Numbered from the whole stretch's first letter, positions 51,715 through 63,497 are shown. The stretch is 63,497 bases of DNA, filler included, from Octopus bimaculoides (GCF_001194135.2; 6 parts of 5 records of this genome joined end to end with filler, not necessarily neighbours in it); one strand, 5' to 3'. Program-made: numbers and translations. Notes: generated from the letters alone by a model not told the origin.

Positions 51715-51768
51715 GTCTTACAGCTGTTTCTGTTTCTGGTATATCATGGAAATTCCTTCATCAGAGAC
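51715..51768 (-). ncRNA. Second minimal hammerhead ribozyme fold (degenerate stem II)
   Basis: GUCU-CUGAUGA-...-GAAA-CAGCUG-UA-AGAC. Stem I GUCU/AGAC, palindromic ACAGCUGU stem III, GUA cleavage triplet; stem II is irregular. Confidence 0.6.
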
Positions 51769-52488
51769 GATGTGGGATGTTTAAATAGAAGTATATATTT
51801 GAGTTCGAAATATGGAATTATTGTGGAAAAGGAGAAGATAGGAATATAGAAGGAAATAAGAGAATGAAAGTAGAAATAAAATATAAAGTATATAAAGATA
51901 TTATAGTTACAGTTCCATTATTCGAGGAAAGTGGTGTATAGAAGTGGTAAAAGAGTTTCCTGCACATGGTACATAAGTTCCAATAGTAGTTCATGTTTAG
52001 TCATTTCAAAGTATGGAGCCGTGGATTCTGCATTGTTCATTCGAAAGGGTCTTGTGGTGTTAATGAAAATTTGATAATCTATTGGTAGTGTTTGTGGATA
52101 GAAGGGGAAGAAATGTGTATGATTAGAATGAGGAGATAGGTCAAAATGAAAACAGGAAGAGAAAATATATGCACATATACACACATACACTCACTCACTC
52201 ATATATATTTGTATATACATATGCACGTGCATGTACATACACATTATTCATATTTACTGTTGAAAAGATCTCAAGGATCGAAACCGGTTTTGTAATGTTC
52301 TTTATAAAAGTATTTTAGCATTTTCTACTTTGTCTTTTTTCCATATATATAAATCTACTCGTGTGTTCCTCTTCAACATTTTACATATATATGTATATAA
52401 ACTATAGCCTCTGGTCGACCAAAGCCTTGTGAGTCGATTTTGTACACGAAACGGAAACAAGACTGTTGTATATATGTGTATATTTGTG

Positions 52489-52538
<50 letters not shown>

Positions 52539-53036
52539 NNNNNNNNNNNNNNNNNNNNNNNNNNNNNNNNNNNNNNNNNNNNNNNNNNNNNNNNNNNNNN
52601 NNNNNNNNNNNNNNNNNNNNNNNNNNNNNNNNNNNNNNNNNNNNNNNNNNNNNNNNNNNNNNNNNNNNNNNNNNNNNNNNNNNNNNNNNNNNNNNNNNNN
52701 NNNNNNNNNNNNNNNNNNNNNNNNNNNNNNNNNNNNNNNNNNNNNNNNNNNNNNNNNNNNNNNNNNNNNNNNNNNNNNNNNNNNNNNNNNNNNNNNNNNN
52801 NNNNNNNNNNNNNNNNNNNNNNNNNNNNNNNNNNNNNNNNNNNNNNNNNNNNNNNNNNNNNNNCATGGCATCCATTTTATTGTATTCCTTTTCCATATAC
52901 AAAAGACATTCATATTTGCTGGGAGAAAAAATAAAACTAACGAAATTGTGAAAAGGGACACAAAAGAAAGGAACACCGTTAAAAATTTGTTTACCTATTT
53001 TGTGTACTAAATCTTCTTTTTATATTTTTCTTTCAG

Positions 53037-53160
53037 AGATTTGCCTCTCTCCATCATAATTGGCATCCCTCTCACCACTGTCTGTTATGTACTCACCAAT
53101 ATTGGATACTTCAGTGTTATGTCTAAAGAGGAAATCAATGCATCTCATGCAGTGGCTGTC
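53037..53160 (+). CDS. SLC7A9-like: SLC7 transporter exon: (R)[41 protein letters not shown]
   Basis: Long polypyrimidine tract ending TTTCAG and donor GTATGT; 124 nt, joins in frame to 42334-42378. Aligns by eye with SLC7A9 [28 protein letters not shown]...SQAVAV. Confidence 0.95.
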
Positions 53161-53487
53161 GTATGTACCATTTATTTTTCTCACTTTAATTGATTTCTAA
53201 TTTTCTACTTGTTCATTTTCAACAATTCTACATACTTTCGTTTATTAATGTTTTCATGCTTTTGTTCTTTTTAGTTCCTGTCATTTTGATGTAATTATGC
53301 TGGAGTATCGTATTTAAGGGTTTTAGTCGAATATATTGATCACAATACTTTATCTGGTACTTATTTCTTTGCTCTCGTAATGTAAGTTGAGCATTGGTGT
53401 AAAGATTAATAAATTGGTTGCACAGAGATACTACGGAGTGTTTCTGTTCAAATGTACTGGTTTTATTCAACCCATGATCGATGGCGT

Positions 53488-53593
<106 letters not shown>

Positions 53594-54436
53594 TCTTGCT
53601 CAATATGTTCAAAGTCAGCGGAAAATTAAGAAGAGAGAGTTAATATTGCTTAATCCCCTCCCTATAAAGGAGATGTCTCAACGAAGGCAGTCAGGAATTT
53701 TCTATCCCTTACAGAATACCACTTCCCATCAGCACGCAAATATCATAAGCTTTTTAATGCAAACAACGTTAAGTTTAACTATTCGTGCCTTGACAACATC
53801 GCTTCTTGCATCCTATTCTACAAGCGGAAACATACAACTCAGTATCCACCAACAACAGCCAAATCAATCATCTTATTCGCCAAGAGGATCCTGCCTCTCT
53901 AAATGAGTAACATAACGAACATTTTGTATATTTATGTTTGCGGGTATGTATTACACAGCTTATGAAGTTAGTAGCAGTAACAAAATAGTTTTCCCTCGAT
54001 CATTCATACACACACACACGTAAGAAAAACTGGCTTTGTAATCAGACAAAAAGAAATGAATGTTCTTGAAATTTATTAATTTACACATACAAATGGTGGA
54101 TTGCAGAATCGTTAGATAAAACACCTTACAGTATTTAGTTCTACATTATAACTGGCATACAAATCGAAATTTTGAGACCAAACTTTGCAACCAAAAATGT
54201 TAAGTCGACTTATACACCAAGACAACTTCGGAGGACCAAAACTTCCGTATGAAATGCAACAGGGTTTGGAAAGAGAGTGACGATGTTTTGATGCTTATGC
54301 CACTTGTTTACACTATATACTACGAAGACTCGTATGCCGGAAAATATGGTGAACGAACATGAGTGAAAAAGACTTAAATTTCTTTGTATTTAGTAATAAT
54401 AAATTGGCCTAATTTAGAAGAGAACAGTTGGGCGAA

Positions 54437-54467
<31 letters not shown>

Positions 54468-55204
54468 AGTGGTGGTTGTGGCGGTGGTGGTGGTGATGAT
54501 GATGATGATAGGAATGAATTGGCGTCTTCAGATTTCTATATCTCATTGTATTTACGAGCTACCGTCAACCTAGTTTCTTCTCCAGACTCTCTGTCCCGCT
54601 CTTTCCCATCCAACTCTTCTTTCTTACTCTCTCTTTCTCTTTCTTTCTTTCTTTCTNNNNNNNNNNNNNNNNNNNNNNNNNNNNNNNNNNNNNNNNNNNN
54701 NNNNNNNNNNNNNNNNNNNNNNNNNNNNNNNNNNNNNNNNNNNNNNNNNNNNNNTATATATATTTATATATATATGTTATGTATATATACATATATATTT
54801 ATATATATAGGTGTGGTGGTGAGACTAATTGGAAAGAACAAAAAAGACCGGATATAAAAATTCAGATATTCACTAAAAAGAGCTCGAGTGATTGTAAGGT
54901 CGTAGATAAAATAGATGGGTCCTGGAAGCGTGCAGACAAGTTAAACGGCTATATATATATGTCAACCGCTCACTAGCAGATTAAAGAATCTCTCTCTTTT
55001 TCTTCTCTCTCTCACACCTATCTTTTCTCTTTATTTCTCCCGCTCTCTGTCTCTCTTTCTTTCTTTCTTTCTCTCTTTCTCTATCTCTCTATATATAGAT
55101 TTATATCTATCTATTTATCTGTCTCTGTCTGTCTTACTTTTGCATCCACTTTCTCAATCCATGAATGCTTTCTACTACTGACACAAAATCTGAAATTTTG
55201 TGAG

Positions 55205-55302
55205 TGGGACTACTCGATCATATCTACCTCAGTACCCAACCGGTACTTAATTTAGAGACCCCGATAGAAAGAGAAGGAAAGTCGATCTCGTTGGAATTTG
55301 AA
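55205..55302 (-). mobile_element. SINE family A fragment
   Basis: GGTACTTAATTT...ACCCCGA...GAAGGAAAGTCGATCTCGTTGGAATTTGAAC. Confidence 0.55.
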
Positions 55303-55689
55303 CATATTTATGTGTCCTTTCTCAGTGTGCAAGTTGTTCTAATTATTTAAATTTGAATCCAGTTAAATCAACCGGATATCACCAGTTTTCCCACGACTCA
55401 AGTTTTGTTGATGTTTGAAAGCCTAAGTTTGATTTCCAAAGAAATGTGGCCCTTTGTGTGTCTCTCCGAATGACAAGTAAAATGTACACTATGAGTGTGT
55501 GCGATGTCCTACTAATGCTACTGCTGTTCTTTTTGTTGTTGTATAACTCCAGATCAAACTTCATTGATCTACTCAATAATAATAATAAAAAAACACTCCA
55601 GCTGTGACCATCACGACGTCTTAGTAGCTGCTGCTGTTGCCGTTTCAGCTGCTTCAATTACAAATACTACTACTGCTGCCGCCCCCCAC

Positions 55690-55702
55690 TATTCCGACAG
55701 CA

Positions 55703-55766
<64 letters not shown>

Positions 55767-55770
55767 TCAC
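55690..55770. repeat. (CTA)n-(CTG)n microsatellite
   Basis: Read directly. Confidence 0.95.
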
Positions 55771-56194
55771 TACTTTATCTAATATCAAAAACGAAAAGCT
55801 GTGATTTAAAGTCGGTATATTTGATGCCTACCATGACTAACAAAGACATACAATCTCCATCTCACTGTCTTTCGCACTCCCAATCTCCAGAAATTATATC
55901 TAGGTGTTTGGGTGGTTGAGTAGCAAAAGGGGGTGAGATACAGCATTGATTTAGACATACGCTCCCAACTGCTGAATCCGAGTTCTGGTTTCAATACCCG
56001 GTTGAAATTGATATACTTGACACGTGTGTTATATACCATCAAGAGAAAGTATAACTTATATACAATTTCATCTACTTTATTAATAGCGATGGCGCTCTAT
56101 GCCCAATTCTTAAAAAGTCATTATATATCGTTTGTAACTAGAGTTGAGGGTCGAACGATATGTGTGCGCTTGTATATTTATCTTTCTTTCTATC

Positions 56195-56267
<73 letters not shown>

Positions 56268-56399
56268 CTTTCTATGTTTGCTTCAAAACCCTAGCATTTC
56301 GAAAATTGTGATTTAGACATTTGCTAATATGTAAGAGAAATTGTTAATATTTCCTTTAAACTTAGCTTTTATTACATTTATTCAAACCACAGAGAATCT

Positions 56400-56475
56400 C
56401 TCTCAACACATGGTTATGATGGTACCTCCTACTCCTGCTCATGATCAGAGTTGCACACATTGTCAGCTACTAAGG
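56400..56475 (-). mobile_element. Family E fragment
   Basis: TCTCAACACATGG.TATGATG...CTGCTCATGATCAGAG.TGCACA matches 247-300. Confidence 0.65.
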
Positions 56476-56814
56476 AACACACTCAATTGTGATACTGAGC
56501 AGAATTTTTGCTATAACGATATTTCTGCTTCAGCAACTCAGCGCTGAATCTGTCTGAATGTAATGGAAAATACGTCAGTTTCAAAACATTGATGACTACA
56601 TCACAAAAGCAAAGTTTGAAGGGAATAGTAGTCATTTCCTTCTAGAAAGAAGCAAAACTTACTAACCAAAGACAAAAAAAATTAAAAGTTTGTTACACAG
56701 TGTAATCGATTGCGCGTTGGTCGGTTGGCTGGTTCGTTAATTGCACGCTTTCTATCGTATGGAGAGAAAGACAGAGACAGAAAGACGGAGAGAGTGTAGA
56801 AAAAGAGATATAGA

Positions 56815-57165
56815 TGCCGTAGGGCATCGCCAGGGTCCAGCATCCCGCTCATCCCGAACAATGCAGCAAAGTGTTCGTGAAAGGCCTTGCACATCACTTC
56901 CTGTCCTTGGATCTCCTGTCCATGTTCGTTTACGACAGACCTTATCGTAGCATCTATGCCATGGTGGGTTTCTATCGAGCGAGCCCACCCAGCAACGTTG
57001 ATACCCTCGCGACCCAGTGCATGTAATTTATCCCGAACTCTGCATCCTTCTGTTTGGCATTGAGATGTCGGTCCAAGGCCGATCTCGCCGCCAAAATTAG
57101 GGGTGCAGAGCCCGTTCTCAACGCCTCAGCTGTCTTGCTTCTGACTAGTGTTTGAAGCTTGTCCT
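56815..57165 (-). mobile_element. Tx1/L1-like LINE fragment (linker between endonuclease and RT)
   Basis: AEALRTGSAPLILAARSALDRHLNAK, then after a frameshift CRVRDKLHALGREG...IRSVVNEHGQEIQGQEVMCKAFHEHFAALFG. This resembles the L1/Tx1 pattern R.R...GE...I..L....G......I...F..F..LF. Confidence 0.55.
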
Positions 57166-57932
57166 ATTTTTATAGGAAGTTCATGGCTCAAATTAGTATG
57201 TTTTGAATAGGATTTGATTGATAGATGATAGTCACATGACTAGTCTTAAAATTTTTTGTAGGTTCCCCGCTACGTCCGTGTGTTAGTATCAAGTGACAAT
57301 GTTTGGTGTCATAAGTTAAGGCTGACAGGCTTGACTGAACGAGTCCAAATAATCAATGTTTTCTGTCGAGTGTTTGTAGAGAATGAACACATGATTACGT
57401 TTATAACCTATTGTACGTTTCCCGCTACGTCCGTGCGTTAGTGTCACGTGACAGTATATTTTGCGCCTAGAAAGAAGGCCGATACAGTTGAGTGAGTATG
57501 TTTAGTTATAACCAAGGCACTCCAAATTTAATCTCTCTAGTGAGAGAGTGGAAAGGAGTTGTTTTCATGACGAATTCCAGCCACGCTTCGTGGTTCAATA
57601 CCTCAGCAGCTCCTTTATAGGACCCAGTGGCTAAGGCATCATCAGGTGGTCCCTCCTGATGAAGACTTTAGCCACATAATCTGTCTGGTAGGAGAGTGGA
57701 CAGGAGTCGTTTGCATGTAGTCCAGTGGCTAAAGCTTAGGTTATCTGTGTAGGTTCCTCATGATAAGTGGAAGTATGGGTTTTATGTGTGGATAGTTCTT
57801 TGTGTATGTACTCTGTTAATGTTTGCCTTGGTTTGTACAGATTAAATTTAGAGAAACCAGTTAAAGCTTTAAATATTTTAATAAAAAAAATATTCTAACA
57901 ATTCTTTATGCATTTTCAAATTTTATTTTTCC

Positions 57933-57995
<63 letters not shown>

Positions 57996-58095
57996 NNNNN
58001 NNNNNNNNNNNNNNNNNNNNNNNNNNNNNNNNNNNNNNNTTAATTAATTAANNNNNNNNNNNNNNNNNNNNNNNNNNNNNNNNNNNNNNNNNNNN

Positions 58096-58131
<36 letters not shown>

Positions 58132-58164
58132 CTCTCTGTGTGAGTGTGTGAGTGTGTGAGTGTG

Positions 58165-58355
58165 TGTGTATGTGTGTTTGTCCCCCCATCACCGGTGTTA
58201 GTGTATTTACGTCCTCGTAACTTAGTAGTTCGGTTAAAGAATAAATACTAGGCTTCAAAATAAGTCCTAGGGTCTATTTCTTCGGCTAAAACCCTTCAAG
58301 GCGGTGTTCCAGAATGGCAGCAGTCACATGACCTAAACATGTAAAAATAAAAGAT
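58165..58355 (+). mobile_element. SINE family C, 3' half
   Basis: GTGTATTTACGTCCTCGTAACTTAG...TAAGTCCTAGGG...CAAGGCGGTGTTCCAGAATGGC. Confidence 0.7.
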
Positions 58356-58369
58356 CATTATACATTCTT

Positions 58370-58400
<31 letters not shown>

Positions 58401-58526
58401 AAACATATTCGCTAATCCATATTTACAGAGATATGCATTTCCTTGTGGTAAACTGCCAAATTTTGATCTCGCCAAGTATTTTCCCGGCTTCATATATCAA
58501 TGTATGTGGTCAAAATGTGATTTACT

Positions 58527-58623
<97 letters not shown>

Positions 58624-58819
58624 ACAATGCTAATTACATCAAAATATTGGCAAAGCATTTAACTATGTTAACCTTCCCGTTTATTTACTCTCTTCCCGCC
58701 AGAGTTTTTGTCTCAGCGGGAATTCTTTTCCTTTTTAATTATTAATGAATGGAATACAACAAAGCAACTCGTTCATCATAAAACTACGTAGAAAAGAAAA
58801 ATGTGATGTCTACGTTGTC

Positions 58820-59100
58820 ACACCACGTGGTTAGAAATAGCAGCTAAATATTCTTTAGTTCACCTCCTATCTTCTTAAAGTATGGATGTCCACGTTGGAC
58901 AATAGAGTTCTAGATGCAGAAAAGGATGGGATGGTCATGATCAGAGATTTGCCCTATGAACGTTAACCTGGGGCTATAACAACGACTAACATCGAGCTAA
59001 CGAGGGCGCTAGAAATAGAAGCCGAAGCTTCGTCATTTCACACTTTAGCATCGAAAGAAAGGAAGGACACGCGATAATGTAGCTCCATATGCACTATGCC
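58820..59100 (+). mobile_element. Two adjacent diverged copies of SINE-like family F
   Basis: TAGAAATAGCAGC.AAA...GATGGGATGGTCATG...CCTGGGGCTATAACAAC; related pieces at 25235-25400 and 40455-40520. Confidence 0.5.
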
Positions 59101-59400
59101 TTATTTTTTTTATTCTTTCACTCGTTTCAGTCGGTGGACCGCGGCCCTACTGGAGCACCATTTACATAGAATTAGTCGAATGAATCGACGCCAGTGCTTA
59201 CTTTAAGTCTAGTACATATCCCGTCGGTCTCTTTCTGAGCTGCAAAGTTATGGAGACGTAAACAAACCAACACCAGTTGTCGCNNNNNNNNNNNNNNNNN
59301 NNNNNNNNNNNNNNNNNNNNNNNNNNNNNNNNNNNNNNNNNNNNNNNNNNNNNNNNNNNNNNNNNNNNNNNNNNNNNNNNNNNNNNNNNNNNNNNNNNNN

Positions 59401-59435
<35 letters not shown>

Positions 59436-59441
59436 ATATAC

Positions 59442-59660
59442 GAAGGCGGCAGGCTGGCAGAAACGTTAGCACGCCGGGCGAAATGCTTAGCAGTATTTCG
59501 TCTACCGTTACGTTCTGAGTTCAAATTCCGCCGAGGTCGACTTTGCCTTTCATCCTTTCGGGGTCGATAGATTAAGTACCAGATGTAATCGACTTTATCC
59601 CTTTGTCTGTCCTTGTTTGTCCCCTCTATGTTTAGCCTCTTGTGGGCAACAAAGAAATAA
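59442..59660 (+). mobile_element. Well-preserved SINE, family A
   Basis: GGCGGCAGGCTGGCAGAAACGTTAG (A-box-like), GAGTTCAAATTCC (B-box), then the conserved core. Confidence 0.9.
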
Positions 59661-60045
59661 GAATATATGCGTGTGTGTATTTAGGCATACAGCCTCCACG
59701 TAGTTTCCGTCTATCAAATTTGTCCACAATATATTAATTACAGTATATCGAAGTACAGTATATAAAATACAAGACATAAACTGCAATACATAAAGTACAA
59801 TGCTTTAAGTACCAGTCCTGTTCTGGAATTAGTCTTTCTCCCACCTCCCTGTCTTTTTCTCTAAAAGAAATCAATTCTGATCGAACTTGGAGAGAGATGG
59901 ACTCTGCTAGGCCTAAATATAAAGAATGACCAAGTCCCGCCGTATTCTACGACGGCTCCTTTACGATTCCATCAAAGAGTTGAGAGTGTAAGGCCTGGCC
60001 TACGGTCTTTGGACTATTTAGTGTGTTGGCAGGCAGAATTATTAG

Positions 60046-60620
60046 TTATTCTTTTATTCTTTTATGCAGTCCGGCCCAAAGGCTGTGGTCATGTTGGGGC
60101 ACCACCAGTGTTATCACTTTTTCAATGGTCATTCTTTTGCGACTGGCTTTTGATGAAGTGGGGAGTTCAATATTACTGCTTTCTTTTGAGTTTCTTGCCG
60201 TGGTGTAGGTTTCTCTGGGACCTTGGCGCGCAGCAAATCAAGTTGTTTCTAGAAGACATCTAACCCTACACCATGTAGATCCCTCAACTGTTTTGGCAAG
60301 GTACTAAATAAATAGCCATGGGCTCTTGAATCCCAAGCTATTGCAGTACATGGGCTTCACTCTAGACAGGATAGCTAGAACCTTTGGAACTGTGCAGAAA
60401 CGTCCAGTACGGAAACTGGTACAGCTATCGATGCCAAAGTGATAACCTCCTCCAGGATCTTCCATACGTCTACCACTACATATCTCCTCCGTCTTCGCTT
60501 CAAGGAATAGTGACGAAGCTCTCTCAGCTTCTCCCAGCAGCTCAGCTGTTCCATTGATGCAACCTTCCTGTGTAGTACCGTTAAATTACTATAAATTAAT
60601 TGGTATGACATAAAACTGCA
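60046..60620 (-). mobile_element. CR1/L2-like LINE 3' end
   Basis: RKVASMEQLSCWEKLRELRHYSLKRRRRRY...WKILE matches the CR1 C-terminal Y.ERL..L.L.SLE.RR.R.....KIL. Then CNSLGFKSP...LPKQLRDLHGVGLDVF*KQLD; tail ATAAAAGAATAAAAGAATAA. Confidence 0.8.
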
Positions 60621-60815
60621 GTGCGTGTGTGTGTGTTGATAATTATAAACGTATATTTAAATAAAGTTTGTATTTTCAGCCAACGCCTTGAACCGTCTGA
60701 AAAATATAGAAGAATATGATTGTTGTTATCTGTTGGACAGAAAAAACAAGGCTGTTGAGTCGGCATAGTTTCGAATCTAATTCAGTTCATCTCCAGAAGT
60801 TACGTATTTATTTCT

Positions 60816-60852
<37 letters not shown>

Positions 60853-61149
60853 CCTGTAGTGGTTTCTGTACATCAATTGCTGTCGTTTAAAAAATGTAAG
60901 CTTTGCTGATCGCTGATTCAATTAATTTATTGTTATTATATAAAGCAGCGGGTGTGAATAATTAGAGAGATAACAAGATTTATTTGTTTATATTTGCCAA
61001 AAATCTCTCAGTGTTGGCTAAAAATATTAAGTTTACCTCAAAACACATTTATAATTGGACCAAAGATTATCTTAATATAACGAACGCTTAATTTAGTGGA
61101 GAGCCTCGTTTATAATATACCAGCTTCTTAACCGATTGAATGAATTTTG

Positions 61150-61440
61150 AACGTAACGGGCGTCATTGTTCTTTTCCGTACAGACCGAGACATAAAATTA
61201 CGAAGTTTGAGTCACGTCATAGCACAACCTTGTTCCCGTGAGAGTTCGAGTTATGGATCACTCAACCGCCAGACATCACGTGTTAGGTTCTTGATCCTTC
61301 TGGAATTTCTCAGTACAGCAGTTATATAAAGACTTGATGTAAGCGCCATCTTGTAAAATGCGCGGTAACCTGCGGTCCAGCCCCATACACACTCCTGCCG
61401 CTTATAATGATCGTTTTCGCGACTTTGCTTGGATATGTCG
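61150..61440. promoter_or_regulatory. CpG-rich putative promoter or enhancer
   Basis: Local CpG enrichment, TGAGTCACGTCA at 61209-61220, TATATAAA at 61324-61331, YY1-type GCCATCTTG at 61345-61353. Confidence 0.3.
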
Positions 61441-61949
61441 ATATAATTGCTCTTTATGGTTCTACTGTGTATATTTTCTCATGTCTTGATAAGCTTCAGT
61501 ACAGAACTTTTGTAATTAGCTATTTATGAATGCTACTGAATTATTCTTGTTGTGGGAGTTTATAATTCCTGGCCAACCTCAATATTACATGTGCGGTGAA
61601 ATAAACGTTTCAATGAAATGTTTGTTTGGTGTTGTTATATCATTCATATGCAACCTCACATGCATACCGCCCAAGCAACAATCTAAATCATAAATTTCTA
61701 GGGTGGTTTAGCGAGGCTCCCTCTTCACCAACGGATCGATGATGTTCATAGATTCAGAAAGCCCTAGGCGATGACAACGAATACAAACAGTTCAAGGAGC
61801 GAAAACGTTTAATTTCAAATTTCAAAAATTTCAAATAGTTGATCATATTTGACTTTAAGCCGGAAGTAACGTTTTATGACACTCATCACCAATTTAATAA
61901 TTTATTCATAACACGAGAAAAATTTGGTAGAGAACATGATTTTATGATT

Positions 61950-62005
<56 letters not shown>

Positions 62006-62021
62006 TAATAATAATAATAAT

Positions 62022-62134
62022 ACTTCAGACAAAAATCATGCTTCCTCATTGATATGACTGTCCCAATCGATATAAACGTATCTGTCAAGACCTACCAAAA
62101 ACTGAGCAAATATAAAGATCTTGAAATAGAAATT
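62022..62134 (+). mobile_element. 5'-truncated copy of the 481-1168 R4/Dong family, starting right after (AAT)n and running into a gap
   Basis: Near-identical to 674-782; in-frame FRQKSCFLIDMTVPIDINVSVKTYQKLSKYKDLEIEI. Confidence 0.9.
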
Positions 62135-62239
62135 NNNNNNNNNNNNNNNNNNNNNNNNNNNNNNNNNNNNNNNNNNNNTTAATTAATTAANNNNNNNNNN
62201 NNNNNNNNNNNNNNNNNNNNNNNNNNNNNNNNNNTTTTT

Positions 62240-62367
62240 TATCGACTCCGAAAGGATGAAAAGCAAAGTCGACCTCGGCGTTATTTGAACTCAGAACATT
62301 AGGACGGACGAAATGCTGTTAAGCATTTCATCCGGAATGTTAACGATTCCGCCAACTCGCCGCCTTG
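62240..62367 (-). mobile_element. SINE family A, 5' part
   Basis: ATCGACTCCGAAAGGATGAAAAGCAAAGTCGACCTCGGCG..ATTTGAACTCAGAAC...CCGCCAACTCGCCGCC. Confidence 0.85.
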
Positions 62368-62699
62368 ACGGTGGAGTAACATTGGAAACATAGAAGAATG
62401 CTGTTGATATTTCAACTGGCCAAAGATCGCTGTGCTTGTTATTTCCCAGCGGGGTCTTCTATAAACATTTCTCACATCGTGTTTTGTGGACAACGGTCGC
62501 CGTTTGTATCAAGAGACAGTCAGGTTGGCCACAATCGCCGTTCATAATTATTGTCACTAAAATTATGTTCTTGCAGCCGAATTCAAACATTCTCCTGTGT
62601 CTACGGGGTTTTGAGAATGATGTGGATGCCGCCAGAGTGATATATAAGAAGGCATAGTCAAGAATTGGTATTGTGACAACAAAAAGGGTCCTAAATCCC

Positions 62700-63497
62700 A
62701 TTTGATACTTATGTGATACTGTAATAAGGTTACAACTCCCACTTCGCTCACATTTGGAATGTTTAAGCTCTCGCTCCAGACACATTTCGTACTGTGATAA
62801 CCACAGCGTTCTCACACTTACTCTTTAAATATGATAGTGTAAAAGTCAATAGATAATAACTCATTCCATTAACATTTCATACTGATAAACAAGGGCTTCT
62901 AACACTCACAACATGCACATTCGGTCCAATGATAAGCAAGAGGATACTTAACTCTGTATACATTTGCTACTGTGAAAAAAAACAATCGTTATGAAACACA
63001 CTCCCTATTCTTATTGTGTTGTGATAAACAAGATGTTATAACACTCACACCACTTATATTTGATACTGCAAAAACAGAGATGTTATAACATTCCATTGGT
63101 GTTTGGTATTGCGAAAGCTGAGATGTTGATAGACACATTCCATTTATATTGAATACTGTGGAAAGCTGTACGATGTAACACTCTCTCCATATATTTTTCA
63201 TACTCGTAAAGCCAAGTAGGTACAACTCGCGTAATTTATCGTTCGTACATTGAAAAGCGAGATGTTGCAACACTCAGCAGATTAATGTTCGGTTCCCTGG
63301 ACACCAAGATGTCAAATCATTTACTCCATTGGTATTTCGTACTGAGAAAACCGGGATGTAATGATCCTCTATTTATGCATCGAACTTTCGAAAGCGAGAT
63401 GCCATAACATTCTCTCAATTTATACTTGGTGCTGCGAAAACCGGGACATCATGACATCCACATCATTTACAATTCGTACAGTAAAAAAATGAGATTT
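62700..63497. repeat. Highly degenerate tandem array, period about 45-50 bp
   Basis: Recurring CATTT...TACTG.GA(A/T)AA...GATGTT..AACA(C/T)TC motif, about 15 units, continuing to the window edge. Confidence 0.65.

Noticed and set aside
57640-57700. CCTGATGAAGAC as a hammerhead core
   Set aside because: There is no downstream GAAA in register; the CTGATG is simply one arm of a hairpin.

Overview
AT-rich animal genomic DNA, dense in microsatellites, SINEs and N-gaps. The repeat families suggest an octopus-like cephalopod; this is inference, not a database match. The only firmly supported host coding sequence is two in-frame exons (42334-42378 and 53037-53160, + strand) of an SLC7 / b(0,+)AT-like amino-acid transporter. 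There are also three CpG-rich putative promoters (about 4.0-4.6 kb, 28.6-29.1 kb and 61.2-61.4 kb) and a few weak exon candidates. The rest is mostly transposon debris: at least four tRNA-derived SINE families, R4/Dong-like RLE LINEs that sit with consistent polarity in (TAA)n tracts, Penelope-like (PLE) remnants, and CR1, RTE, Tx1/L1, mariner, Tc1, Tigger, hAT, MITE and Helentron-like fragments. The most interesting signal is a roughly 250-bp element (47929-48177, minus) that joins a tRNA-type Pol III head to a minimal PLE-type hammerhead ribozyme fold. A second, different minimal hammerhead lies at 51715-51768. Almost all entries in the supplied ORF track are microsatellite or gap artefacts.
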